Source of the DNA: a virus
Lineage: Duplodnaviria; Caudoviricetes
Length of the DNA: 45,625 nucleotides
IMG/VR virus record: IMGVR_UViG_3300048847_000023
Coordinates: 1 to 45,625 of that record
Direction: 5' to 3' (one strand)
Each line of letters starts with the position of its first letter. Positions within the stretch are counted from its first letter, which is position 1. The translations under genes and the position numbers were made by a program. The notes beneath the pieces were generated by a model. That model saw only the letters and a list, made by a program, of their open reading frames with translations, made no database searches and had not been told where the DNA came from. This document shows, piece by piece, positions 8,673 through 18,009 of the stretch.

Positions 8673-8810
8673 AGTGTGTATACGCACCGATGTATACGTA
8701 CAAGCAAACAGTTTTCGACCTCATTTTCGACCGCTGAAACCAGTAAATTGACCCCAAAACGACCCAAATGGCACTAAATCGGTGTGTATGCGTATAGGTG
8801 TATACACACT
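8673..8810. repeat. Inverted repeats with TGTATAC sub-repeats
   Basis: AGTGTGTATAC (8673-8683) / GTATACACACT (8800-8810); TGTATAC at 8691, TGTATGC at 8785; TTTTCGACC twice inside. Confidence 0.7.
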
Positions 8811-8850
8811 AGCACCTGAAAATAGGGTTTTCCCTATAGCATGGAGACAT

Positions 8851-8881
8851 AAAAAAAGCCCCCGGAGGATTTCCGAGGGCT
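8851..8881 (-). terminator. Intrinsic terminator of the 9990-8902 gene
   Basis: GC-rich stem followed by seven T on the minus strand. Confidence 0.75.
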
Positions 8882-8901
8882 GCTTTCTTCTATATGCCTG
8901 A

Positions 8902-9990
8902 TCACATTCGCGGACCGTATCCATCCAGTTCAAGCTCCAGATCATCCTCTTCGTCTTCGGTTCCGACTTTGCGGCGGTCCAGTCCGGAGAGAAGGCGATC
9001 CCTAGACGCATCAGCCGCAGATGACGTGGGCTTGTAGTCTCCCCACGTCGTCTCCTGTTCCGGCTTCTTATATGGAGGCGGCGGAGCGGTGATGTAGTCC
9101 ATGCGCTCTTGGGGAGTCATCTGATGCAAGCGCTTGCTCTCCTCCAATGTCATCGGCTTTACGATCGGCGGCGGCTTCGGGATGTCCGGCAGGGCGGGCT
9201 TGGGTCCAGCGCCTTGGAGATAGGGAACAAACGCTTCCGCGAAATCCTCTCCCCTCCAATCGTGGCCCTGGAGCACCGTCGCCGTTGCCGCTGAAGTGAA
9301 GCGTGCTCTGATGCGAACGCCGTCTGCGCCTTGTTCTTCCGCGATATGCTTCAAGATCCTGCCAGCGCGAGCAATCCGGTCCATCTCCTGGCGGGGAACT
9401 GCTGCGACGACAGCGGCGGCATCGGCGGCGGTCGGAATCTGTTCAAGAAATGGCCTCCATTCTTGAGACGGAGACGCCTGGCTCATGATTGCAAAAGTGC
9501 CGTCGGGCTGCTGCTCGACCCGGAGCTTCCAATCGTCAAAATTTGTCGGCGTCTCACCCAAAGCTTCAAGAGCCGTTTGGAGAGGTTTGTCCACCTTCTG
9601 TGGATCAAACACCTTGCCGATGACTTTATCGACAGCATTCCGCATCTCCGCCATCGAAGCGTTGAAGCTCTCTTTCATCGTCGGCTCGTCTCCGGGACGT
9701 TCGGCGTTCTGGTCGTACACACGCCTGCCTCCCGCCTGCTGTCCCTGTCCCTGTCCACGCGCCTGGTTTTTCTCCGGCTCCGGCGGCAGTTCGCCACGTC
9801 TAAATATCTTCACTAAGATCCATGTAATCAAGCGCGAAACTTTGACTAGCATGTCGCCGAGGATCTGTAAGAGATTTCTCTTATGATCGTCCGCCTGAGA
9901 CTTCTGCATCCCTTCAATGTCAGCCGTCTGCGTCCTCTGTTTGGCGACCGCTTCCATAATCTCGGCGTCGATCTCTTTTTTCGTCTTCAT
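8902..9990 (-). CDS. Hypothetical protein (362 aa)
   Basis: Long ORF with GGAG RBS and terminator; Pro-rich and acidic C-terminus. Confidence 0.8.
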   Translation of the reverse strand: MKTKKEIDAEIMEAVAKQRTQTADIEGMQKSQADDHKRNLLQILGDMLVKVSRLITWILVKIFRRGELPPEPEKNQARGQGQGQQAGGRRVYDQNAERPGDEPTMKESFNASMAEMRNAVDKVIGKVFDPQKVDKPLQTALEALGETPTNFDDWKLRVEQQPDGTFAIMSQASPSQEWRPFLEQIPTAADAAAVVAAVPRQEMDRIARAGRILKHIAEEQGADGVRIRARFTSAATATVLQGHDWRGEDFAEAFVPYLQGAGPKPALPDIPKPPPIVKPMTLEESKRLHQMTPQERMDYITAPPPPYKKPEQETTWGDYKPTSSAADASRDRLLSGLDRRKVGTEDEEDDLELELDGYGPRM

Positions 9991-10038
9991 CTCTCCGCAC
10001 TCCCCTCAAATCTCATGACACCCGAACTTGTCCCTACG

Positions 10039-10311
10039 TCACGCTATCGACAAGACCATTCTCTCCGCCGCCGCCATTTGAAGATCCCGAATCGCGCTCC
10101 TCAACGCTTCTTCGGGCGGTACAGACGGCTTGTCTTCGCATCCTTCCGACGGCTCCACGCCGATGCGGCCGAGCCTGTCGTCGCGGTATGAAGCTGACCA
10201 GCAGCCGCCCTGTTGAACGACGATGATGCCGATTTCTCCCATCAAGCCGATGATGTCAGCCGTTGTCGCCGTCTCCGTCTTAAACGCTAGGAGTCTCTCC
10301 AATTTCTCCAT
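10039..10311 (-). CDS. Hypothetical protein
   Basis: Preceded by TTGACT-N17-TATATG (10383-10355); co-oriented with the 9990 gene. Confidence 0.6.
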   Translation of the reverse strand: MEKLERLLAFKTETATTADIIGLMGEIGIIVVQQGGCWSASYRDDRLGRIGVEPSEGCEDKPSVPPEEALRSAIRDLQMAAAERMVLSIA

Positions 10312-10408
10312 TTGACATCTCACTTGGTTGTGTATTAAACTGCCGACATAAAATCATATAGTGTGTTCTAGACGGCGAGTCAACACAAAAAGTTAGGATT
10401 TGAGCTAT

Positions 10409-10591
10409 ATGTCTAGAAGCGGCAGACCGAAGGTGGAAGATCGCCGGGACGCGAAGATCGACACGCGGACGTGGCCTCGGCTTAAGGATGCCGTCGAGAG
10501 ATCGGCGGCCGACAAAGGCGTTACAGTGGCCCGGTTTGTCGAGGATGCGTTGATCGACGCACTGAAACGGGAAGGCCGCTGGCCTACGTAA
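10409..10591 (+). CDS. Ribbon-helix-helix (CopG/Arc-like) regulator
   Basis: GRPK, short strand (AKIDTRT), then LKDAVERSAADKGVTVARFVEDAL helix pair; divergent promoter region. Confidence 0.7.
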   Translation: MSRSGRPKVEDRRDAKIDTRTWPRLKDAVERSAADKGVTVARFVEDALIDALKREGRWPT

Positions 10592-10669
10592 TCGACCCTC
10601 GCCAGAAGGCGGGGAGACGCGGATGGCAGAAGTCGTCCTCACGCACACAGCGAGAGGGATAGACTACCC

Positions 10670-10894
10670 ATGTCCGAAGATCTTATGAGACGCATCGACC
10701 ACGAAATCGAACGCCTGGGCGGAGCCGCCGAGGCTCAGGCCGCCCTCAACCGTGACCCGCCGCCCGCACACCTGTCCGGAGGCGATCGGCTCCGCTACAT
10801 CCTCACCATCCTGGAATGCGCGGAAACGCCGAAGACCCAACGTCGCAAGCCGGATCTGGCTCATAAGCCTGCGCGTAGGGGAGACGTAGAATGA
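10670..10894 (+). CDS. Hypothetical protein
   Basis: GAGG RBS; ATGA overlap with the next gene. Confidence 0.6.
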   Translation: MSEDLMRRIDHEIERLGGAAEAQAALNRDPPPAHLSGGDRLRYILTILECAETPKTQRRKPDLAHKPARRGDVE

Positions 10895-11475
10895 AACTCG
10901 TCTCCGATCACATACGGAAGGAGGCGGCTCGAAAGGGCCGCTTCCTGATCGTCGCCAGCGGAAGACCGTACTGGCCGCTAGATCCCCGCGCCGAAGACGT
11001 CCACATCGCCGACATCGCTGCCTCCCTGGCTCGCCAATGCCGATACGCTGGCCATCTCCGACGCGGCATCTGGCACTACAGCGTCGCCCAGCATAGCGTC
11101 CTCTGCTCCCTTCACGGCGACCCCGCCTTCGCGCTCGATCGGCTCCTTCATGACGCTTCCGAAGCTTACTGCGTCGATGTCCCGAGACCGTTGAAGGGCG
11201 ACCTTCATGGCTACCGTGAGATCGAAGACCTGAACATGCGTGTCATCGCCGAAAAATTCGGGATTGCGTTCCCGCTGGGCGGCGACGTGCACGAGATCGA
11301 CAACCGGATTCTCGCGGACGAACGGCGGTGCCTGATTGCGCCGAACGATTTGACGGACGCGGAATGGGGGGCGCGGTTGCCCGGTCTGGGGATCGACATA
11401 AAGCCCTGGAGTGCCGAGAAATCCGAGCGCATGTTCCTGAGGCGGTTCTTCGAGCTTCGGATGACGTGTTCATAA
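10891..11475 (+). CDS. HD-domain phosphohydrolase, YfdR/YfbR-like 5'-deoxynucleotidase
   Basis: DIAASLARQCRYAGH, YSVAQHS, LLHDASEAY, DVPRPLK, D-RIL-DE motifs. Confidence 0.88.
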   Translation: MKLVSDHIRKEAARKGRFLIVASGRPYWPLDPRAEDVHIADIAASLARQCRYAGHLRRGIWHYSVAQHSVLCSLHGDPAFALDRLLHDASEAYCVDVPRPLKGDLHGYREIEDLNMRVIAEKFGIAFPLGGDVHEIDNRILADERRCLIAPNDLTDAEWGARLPGLGIDIKPWSAEKSERMFLRRFFELRMTCS

Positions 11476-11780
11476 CGGACGATTGGCTCAAAATGCCTCC
11501 GCATAATCGGCTGGTACGGTTCATCTATAGTCCGCACTTTGGTTGAACGCCGATGAAACACGCTCTAGATAACACCAGTCCGCTATCCGACGATAGCGTC
11601 CTAAAGATAGGATTGACACAACCCCTTCGTACAGATGAGTTATCTAGCGCAAGTCAACGAAAGTACGTGCCCCTATCCCCGCTTGGCCGAATACAAAATC
11701 AATGTTATCTACGACAATGAACGCTTCGTTATGCGATCAATGGCCTTTGACAATGAATAACGGCAAGCTGGAGAAAGCCG

Positions 11781-12398
11781 ATGAAAACGAGCCTAGTATT
11801 TGCGGCCATAGCGATTTCATTTACATCGTTTACTCCATACTTCGTCAGCGGCCAAGAGCAGTTCCGTGAGTTGTGGAGCATTGGAAACTGGAAGGGATTC
11901 GTATTCACAGAAGGTGGATATTTTGACCGATGCTCTGCTATCGTGGCTTACACAGACGGCACAACCCTAGGATTCTCTGTAAGAGGTGACGCTTCATTAG
12001 GTTTGAGAACAACAAACCAGAATTTCTCCTTTGGAGGCTCAGATGTTCCTCTGAGAGTAGGTATAAGCATTGATGGCAGAGCACCCATACAAATCGGCGG
12101 ATACTCACAAAACTTCTACCAAGCATTCTTCTCATTAGGTCAGGATTATGATCTCCTTCGGCAATTGCGGAGAGGCCTGTCGATGCGTATCACCGGTGAC
12201 CTTGGCGACAGAACATATAGCCTTACAAACAGCTCCGCAGCGCTGCAAAGAATGACCGAATGCATCCCTCGACCACCCACCGCCATGCTTCCACCCAACG
12301 TCGTGATCGAAACTACTCAGCTAGATCCCAACATAAACCCCTACATGATGGGTCAAGGAGTCTTGTTCGAGGATATTGTAAAAGCCTTGTCTGATTGA
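11781..12398 (+). CDS. Secreted hypothetical protein (accessory)
   Basis: GGAG RBS, signal peptide, beta-rich domain with two Cys (GNWKGF...CSA; YSLTNSSAALQRMTEC). Confidence 0.75.
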   Translation: MKTSLVFAAIAISFTSFTPYFVSGQEQFRELWSIGNWKGFVFTEGGYFDRCSAIVAYTDGTTLGFSVRGDASLGLRTTNQNFSFGGSDVPLRVGISIDGRAPIQIGGYSQNFYQAFFSLGQDYDLLRQLRRGLSMRITGDLGDRTYSLTNSSAALQRMTECIPRPPTAMLPPNVVIETTQLDPNINPYMMGQGVLFEDIVKALSD

Positions 12399-12429
12399 CT
12401 CTTAGGAGACCTTGAAGTGGAGAATAGAC

Positions 12430-13368
12430 ATGCCAAAAGTCAAAATCGACGCTACGTACTTGCCTGTCCATACTCGGCGAACTTTCTTAAAAACCTCATG
12501 TTGTTGCCTCCTGTGTGCACCAATAGCCCTCTTCCAGGCATCCAAAGCACATGCACAGATGCAGTTAAAGATCACGACAGCGTGTGGTTTCGAAAACGAA
12601 TTGCCGCCAGGAGACTTGTTCATCAATCCTGCAACAGCCAACGCCCATAGTGTTATTGACAGTATAGTGCAACAGGTTGGCTTGTCTCGCAACTTTACAA
12701 TAGTTAGCGCTAAGATTGAAACTGGTGGAGCGACATTCACGAACGGTAATCGGTACATTATCTACAACCCAAGATTGATAGAGTTGATCCAAGGGAGTTC
12801 TGCTGCTCGTTGGACCGCCTTAGCAATTCTGGCACATGAGGTTGGTCATCACCTTAATGGACATTTTGACAAAGGTGGAGGAAGCACACCGGATCGCGAG
12901 ATTGAGGCGGATGAGTTTTCCGGTTTTGTTGTAGCGCGTCTAGGTGGCGGCAGGGCTGATGCAGTGCGTGCAGTTGCAGGAGCGTCAGTGAATGGATCGA
13001 ACACCCATCCCATGAGGCGCTATCGGATCGAAGCTGTGGTCGCTGGATGGAGCCACGGAGCCACAGGGCGACCTGCAGTAACGGAACAAGGAATTGCTAT
13101 ATTTAGCTTCGTAGTGGCTGGGAAAGTTCTTGGCAAGGCAGTAACCAATAATGTAGAATTTCATAGATTTCCTGATGGAACTTGGAAAGAGAAGGCGAAT
13201 GGCCAGTGGGTATACTTTTACAATGAACTTCAGGCAGATGCAGAGTACTATACTATTGAGGATAACTCTCGAAACATGATTTTTGCAGTTCCAACATCAG
13301 GCGGTACAACTCAGTACTGGAATGGTTCTGATTGGGTGAATTGGACTCATTTCAGCAAAGTTAAGTGA
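12430..13368 (+). CDS. Tat-exported zinc metallopeptidase (M48-like)
   Basis: TRRTFLK twin-arginine signal with AHA cleavage; ILAHEVGHH, EIEADEFSG and THP...R motifs; aromatic beta-rich C-terminal domain. Confidence 0.85.
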   Translation: MPKVKIDATYLPVHTRRTFLKTSCCCLLCAPIALFQASKAHAQMQLKITTACGFENELPPGDLFINPATANAHSVIDSIVQQVGLSRNFTIVSAKIETGGATFTNGNRYIIYNPRLIELIQGSSAARWTALAILAHEVGHHLNGHFDKGGGSTPDREIEADEFSGFVVARLGGGRADAVRAVAGASVNGSNTHPMRRYRIEAVVAGWSHGATGRPAVTEQGIAIFSFVVAGKVLGKAVTNNVEFHRFPDGTWKEKANGQWVYFYNELQADAEYYTIEDNSRNMIFAVPTSGGTTQYWNGSDWVNWTHFSKVK

Positions 13369-13749
13369 CTGAGCTTAAATGTCGTATTATTCTTTAATAG
13401 CGGTGGAAGTACGTAAAACACTGGCTTGATTTTGCATCAGGCGCTTAAGCAAGAAACACAGATGCCTCTTGCTAAAACTCTGAGGCTCTGCACCGTTTTA
13501 TTAGCCATATTCTTTGTGGCTTCAATCTAGTTTTCGTATGATCATGAATACATCTATAGTGGATTGCGTCGGATCTGGATCGCTTTGGAGATCGATGCCG
13601 CTTAGCAATGCGAGGTGCCCGCGATGGACGCTCCAGATTTAAGGCACGGCGCTGTAGCACATCCAAAACTGCCTTCCCCAAGCATCGGACGACAAGATGA
13701 TGCGCTCCTCAAGCGGCTTTCCAGCATGATCTGATGAAAAAGCATTCGT

Positions 13750-13780
13750 AAAGAAAGCTCCGGCCGTGAACCGGAGCCTT
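13750..13780 (-). terminator. Intrinsic terminator
   Basis: GCTCCGG-N7-CCGGAGC then TTTCTTT on minus, right after the 14027-13788 ORF. Confidence 0.65.
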
Positions 13781-13787
13781 CGTTCTT

Positions 13788-14027
13788 TCAGCCTTTGGTT
13801 TTCCACCACATGTATAATGAATATGGAACAGAGATTATGAAGAATACTCTGCTCCAAAATACGATCTGTTCACCCGTCGCCCTAAGCTCCTCAATCGTAT
13901 AGTTCTTCAAGAAGCTACGTAGCATATTGATGGAAGCAACGTCGCTTTGTATTGCCGGAAATAGCTTATATTCTACCAACGCCCATATAGCGACATCCAA
14001 TATGAAGAACGCCTTCCACATATTCAT
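13788..14027 (-). CDS. Small two-TM membrane protein
   Basis: Two hydrophobic segments; own terminator; AT-rich. Confidence 0.6.
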   Translation of the reverse strand: MNMWKAFFILDVAIWALVEYKLFPAIQSDVASINMLRSFLKNYTIEELRATGEQIVFWSRVFFIISVPYSLYMWWKTKG

Positions 14028-14270
14028 TGCCTTGTCTCACCCATGTTTGCCCCGACCGACACATACCAAATCCGATATCAGTTTCAAAGACAACCAATCG
14101 GCAACATTCCGAATTCTTTCGGATTCTCTCAAAGAGAAGTTGCATCACAGACTCATTCGAGGCGTCCCGTTCGTTCCGTTTGATTCATCCGGACACTACC
14201 CGTCACCGATTAGTGACATGGGATTCCTGTACATCCTATCGTGTACACGAAACGACTGGAGGTGGCCGAG

Positions 14271-14654
14271 GTGTCGAGCAATGACTATCCCCCGAGGAAT
14301 CGTCGAGCGGAGCCGCTACCGTGCTGGCTGGTCGAAATCGTCCACAAAGACGGCATCAAGACCTTCGATCCCGTCGGCTTGATTCTGTACGTCATCCGAC
14401 GCGGCGAGGAGCTTCTAAAGCTTAAGCCCATGTGCGGACTGTATAGCGACGTATCCAATCAGCCCGCCGTTCTGTATAGGTCAAATGATGTTGAGATCGC
14501 GCTGTCGCCGGAGGAACTGTATCGCTTGGCTAGTTATTCTCTGCATTGCGGCGAATACCAGAGGCTCCGAAACGAGTTCGGCATCTTTCATGAGATTGAC
14601 GCCAAGCATTACCCATTTGAGCTATCAAGCTCCGTAGAATTGCAGGCCATCTAA
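14271..14654 (+). CDS. Hypothetical protein, paralog A
   Basis: GGAGG RBS before GTG 14271; aligns end to end with 14842-15222. Confidence 0.8.
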   Translation: MSSNDYPPRNRRAEPLPCWLVEIVHKDGIKTFDPVGLILYVIRRGEELLKLKPMCGLYSDVSNQPAVLYRSNDVEIALSPEELYRLASYSLHCGEYQRLRNEFGIFHEIDAKHYPFELSSSVELQAI

Positions 14655-14683
14655 GTCCGGGAACAATGGCAACTGGCCTGCAT

Positions 14684-14722
14684 CCCCGCTCCGTATCCCC
14701 TGCGCGCGGAGCGGGGCTTTTT
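14684..14722 (+). terminator. Intrinsic terminator
   Basis: CCCCGCTCCG...CGGAGCGGGG followed by CTTTTT. Confidence 0.75.
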
Positions 14723-14841
14723 CCTCTCCAAGCTGTATGCGGGTGAGACGTCATGACGTCTTTTTTCGACGCCGCTTTCTGGGTGGCGTATGTGACATTT
14801 TGGGTCGTGGCCTTGGCCGTATCATGAATCGTGGGGTTCAG

Positions 14842-15222
14842 ATGGACGAAAAATACCCGCCTAAGAACCGCCTTCCGACGTCGCTTCCGCCGCTCCGCAT
14901 CGAGATCGAGCATGAAGGCGGCGTCGAAGTTTTCGATCCGAACCGACTGATCGCGTTCGTCGTGAATGACACGCAGCGCTTCGTGAATTGGAAGCCTGTG
15001 GCCGGAAAGAAGTCTATTTTGAACGCGCAGCCCGCGCTTCTTTATCGGGCGCATGATTTGGAGATACCGCTGACCAATGCGGAGATGCTGCGGTTGGTGA
15101 GCTACAATCTGGATGCGTGGGAATGGTTTGGGCTACGGCAGATCTACGGAGACTTCTTCGAGATCCACGGAGATTTTTATTCAGAAGTCGGAGTGGCTTT
15201 GCAGCCGCTATGGGATCGCTGA
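14842..15222 (+). CDS. Hypothetical protein, paralog B
   Basis: Shares YPP-NR, FDP, QPA-LYR, RL-SY-L and F-EI motifs with paralog A. Confidence 0.8.
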   Translation: MDEKYPPKNRLPTSLPPLRIEIEHEGGVEVFDPNRLIAFVVNDTQRFVNWKPVAGKKSILNAQPALLYRAHDLEIPLTNAEMLRLVSYNLDAWEWFGLRQIYGDFFEIHGDFYSEVGVALQPLWDR

Positions 15223-15305
15223 AAGCGGAGGAATAGCCGGGCGGCGATAGGGGCGGCGGCGAGGACGGGTAGGGCGGCTAGACAGAGCGACGTCGAAAGC
15301 ACGAG

Positions 15306-15341
15306 AAAGGCCGCATCTGAAATGAGGGATGCGGCCTTTTT
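15306..15341. terminator. Bidirectional terminator between convergent genes
   Basis: AAAGGCCGCATC-N10-GATGCGGCCTTT. Confidence 0.8.
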
Positions 15342-15348
15342 CATCGTC

Positions 15349-15699
15349 TTACATCCAGTAGTACATAAGGGATGAATCCGCGCTGTATCCCTTGACGGTG
15401 ACTTTGTTCGGTGCCGGAATGGCTAAGTGCTGCTGCTGATCGCCGACGGCGCGGAGGAGTACTCCTGCGGATCCGTCCGTGACCGACGTTGTCGGATATG
15501 CGGCAGCGGGCATATCTGCGACGTGATCCCCGACGCGGAGACGGAATACTCCTTTTTCGGCGACCAGATAAAGAGCCTGCGCTCCCTGCGGCTTCGTGAG
15601 AAGTGTCGCCGTGGTTCCGACGAGTTCGTTGATTATGTCAGCCACCGGAGCCGCACCAAGTGCCTCCGGAGAGATGGGTCTTTGTCCTTCAAGGCTCAT
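15349..15699 (-). CDS. Hypothetical phage protein
   Basis: AGGAG RBS; last gene of the minus-strand run. Confidence 0.75.
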   Translation of the reverse strand: MSLEGQRPISPEALGAAPVADIINELVGTTATLLTKPQGAQALYLVAEKGVFRLRVGDHVADMPAAAYPTTSVTDGSAGVLLRAVGDQQQHLAIPAPNKVTVKGYSADSSLMYYWM

Positions 15700-15724
15700 G
15701 GTGCGGCTCCTAAATATCTAGCGT

Positions 15725-16051
15725 TTAAACGACGGGCGGACGGACGATCAAGCCGAGGGAGACGACCCTGTCTTCTTCGGTATCCGTCGAATCGACGATG
15801 GCTTGGACAGCATCAAGAAGGGAATTTTCTTGGGTCTTTACCGCATCCAGGTGCGCTTCGATGTCGGCTGAAGTCGTCGCATCGAGCTTTCCGGCCGCCC
15901 AGCGGATCATGTCGCCGATACGATGATGCTTTACGTCCATCTCGTCGGCCCAAGCCCGGATTCCTTCGCGCCTGTTCTCTACGGCATCTTCAAAGGTGTT
16001 GAAGGCATCGTTGTACATGTTGGGGGAAGAGAAGTTCGGAATTTCAATCAT
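15725..16051 (-). CDS. Hypothetical phage protein
   Basis: AAGGAG RBS; operonic. Confidence 0.75.
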   Translation of the reverse strand: MIEIPNFSSPNMYNDAFNTFEDAVENRREGIRAWADEMDVKHHRIGDMIRWAAGKLDATTSADIEAHLDAVKTQENSLLDAVQAIVDSTDTEEDRVVSLGLIVRPPVV

Positions 16052-16079
16052 CTTACTAACTCCTTGTTGTGTATTTAGA

Positions 16080-17048
16080 TTAGAAGCCCTTCCGGACTTC
16101 TATCTGGAACCAAGCGCCGATACCCATTGCCTGTGCGCTCGTGCCGTTACTGTAGGCGATATAGAATTCCGTTCCGGCATCTACCAATAGCCAAGCGCCT
16201 CGAAAGGAAACCCCTTTTAGGCCATTGGCTAAGAGAAGATTTCTGTATCCGTTCAGGACGGTTTCTACTCCTCCTACGACTTGCACCAGAGACGCTACTC
16301 TTTGCCCGGTGGAAGAATTTGACTCGAAGTAATATGACGGCTGGACCCACGCCTTGCCGCCGTAGTTCGCCGGAACCTTCAGTACGCCGGGAGAAGCTGC
16401 ATTGAAGAAGCTTCCTTCGTCGTGCAAAAGGTTCGAATAAGGCACCTTCGTGCTTGATCCTGAGAAGCTGGCCGTCAGCGATATCGCCGCCGACTTGATC
16501 TCCGTACCCGTTCCGGTAGGAGCGGCGGACACGTTGAACTCTGGAGGCAGATACTCGTATCCGACGACACCAGCGTCCCCCAGCGGCACGATACCGCCCG
16601 GATTGCCGAAAAGGGGAACCCAGCTTTGACCCTCAGGCCCCATGTCCCCGGCTTCGCCCTGGTCGCCGATGGGGCCTTTCAAGCCGATCGGCCCTTTGTC
16701 TCCGACCGGACCTTTCAGGCCGACGGTACCCGGACTTCCGGCCGCACCTTGAATGCCGATTGGCCCTTTGTCGCCAACCGGACCCTTCAGGCCGACGATG
16801 CCCGGCTTTCCGTCCGTGCCTTGAATTCCTATGATCCCCTTGTCGCCGACAGGGCCTTTCAACCCTATCAACCCGGGATTTCCCGACGGTCCTTTTTCGC
16901 CGACGGCTCCGGGGTTTCCGCTCGGACCCTGCGGACCTACGACTTCGACGGGTTGCCCCCTGACTGCGGTTACGGCGGCGACGTCTTTCTCGGTGAGAAA
17001 TGACAGCCTTTTGTCCGCGCCCGACTCATGAAAAACGGATCTAGGCAT
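16080..17048 (-). CDS. Collagen-like fibre protein B with C-terminal beta (C1q/BclA-like) domain
   Basis: 35 consecutive Gly-X-Y triplets; ATG 17048 overlaps the upstream stop and has a GAGG RBS. Confidence 0.85.
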   Translation of the reverse strand: MPRSVFHESGADKRLSFLTEKDVAAVTAVRGQPVEVVGPQGPSGNPGAVGEKGPSGNPGLIGLKGPVGDKGIIGIQGTDGKPGIVGLKGPVGDKGPIGIQGAAGSPGTVGLKGPVGDKGPIGLKGPIGDQGEAGDMGPEGQSWVPLFGNPGGIVPLGDAGVVGYEYLPPEFNVSAAPTGTGTEIKSAAISLTASFSGSSTKVPYSNLLHDEGSFFNAASPGVLKVPANYGGKAWVQPSYYFESNSSTGQRVASLVQVVGGVETVLNGYRNLLLANGLKGVSFRGAWLLVDAGTEFYIAYSNGTSAQAMGIGAWFQIEVRKGF

Positions 17049-18009
17049 TGGACCGCACCTCAAGCTGGCACCAGGTCACGTCGCCGCGTGTGACCGTGAT
17101 GCCGTTTGAGTTGAGGCTGAACGCTATGACTTCGGACGGCTCGGGCTTGAACCAGGCCGATGACATGCCGATCATCTCTCGCTCGATGGAAGCGACAGTG
17201 GAACGGGTCGCATTTCCCGCCCACGCGCTGCTCCCGTTCCTCAGTATTGTGGCGCTTTTTCCTGAGGACGAACTGGAGAAGTCGTAGCTGTACGTAGCCC
17301 GCACCATCATAGAAGCCGGGATCGTAGCGGGTGCTATGAAGGTGCCTCCGGAAACGGTGAATGGGGTATCATTGCTCCGCACGTTGTCGAACGGCACGAT
17401 CCCGTTATAAGCGACGGCTGTTCCTGACGAGAGCGTGATTTTGGCCGTCTTCAGCGTTTGACCGCCTGACCCTCCTGACGGCAGAGGGGGGCGCTGCGCT
17501 TCGGCGAGGATACCATCCATGCCAAGCTGGGCTATTCCGCCGGGAACGCCAAGCATCGACTGGTAATCCTCACCAGGAAAGCCGTCGGGGCCGCGGTCTC
17601 CAGTCAATCCCTTATCGCCTATCGGGCCTTGATCCCCGACTGGTCCTTTGTCGCCAACTGGGCCTTGGTCTCCATCAACGCCGGGGAGTCCTTGTAGACC
17701 TTGGTCTCCTGGAGGGCCTTTGTCGCCGACCGGACCCTGATCGCCATCGGTGCCGGGGAGTCCTGGAATGCCTTGATCTCCCGGAGGGCCTTTATCTCCA
17801 ACCGGGCCTTGATCGCCATCAACGCCGGGGTCACCGTCCGGTCCGGGCAATCCGTCTTCTCCCGGCAATCCGGGAATCCCGCTTTTCAGATAAGCGAAAG
17901 TGCCTTCGTCCAGGACGATGATTTCCTTGCCATCGGCATAGAGTTTGAGGTCATAGCTGACGGAATAAAGCTCGCGGCCGTCATCGCTCAAGATCTTGAA
18001 CTGAGCCAT
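17041..18009 (-). CDS. Collagen-like fibre protein A with C-terminal beta (C1q/BclA-like) domain
   Basis: 35 consecutive Gly-X-Y triplets with 24-aa periodicity. Confidence 0.88.
   Translation of the reverse strand: MAQFKILSDDGRELYSVSYDLKLYADGKEIIVLDEGTFAYLKSGIPGLPGEDGLPGPDGDPGVDGDQGPVGDKGPPGDQGIPGLPGTDGDQGPVGDKGPPGDQGLQGLPGVDGDQGPVGDKGPVGDQGPIGDKGLTGDRGPDGFPGEDYQSMLGVPGGIAQLGMDGILAEAQRPPLPSGGSGGQTLKTAKITLSSGTAVAYNGIVPFDNVRSNDTPFTVSGGTFIAPATIPASMMVRATYSYDFSSSSSGKSATILRNGSSAWAGNATRSTVASIEREMIGMSSAWFKPEPSEVIAFSLNSNGITVTRGDVTWCQLEVRSNA

Noticed and set aside
8673-8810. Protelomerase telRL site
   Set aside because: Not a continuous palindrome, and no protelomerase is visible.
13400-13860. Short ORFs 13681-13472 and 13857-13639 as a pseudogene
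   Set aside because: No recognisable homology, and one overlaps a clear terminator.
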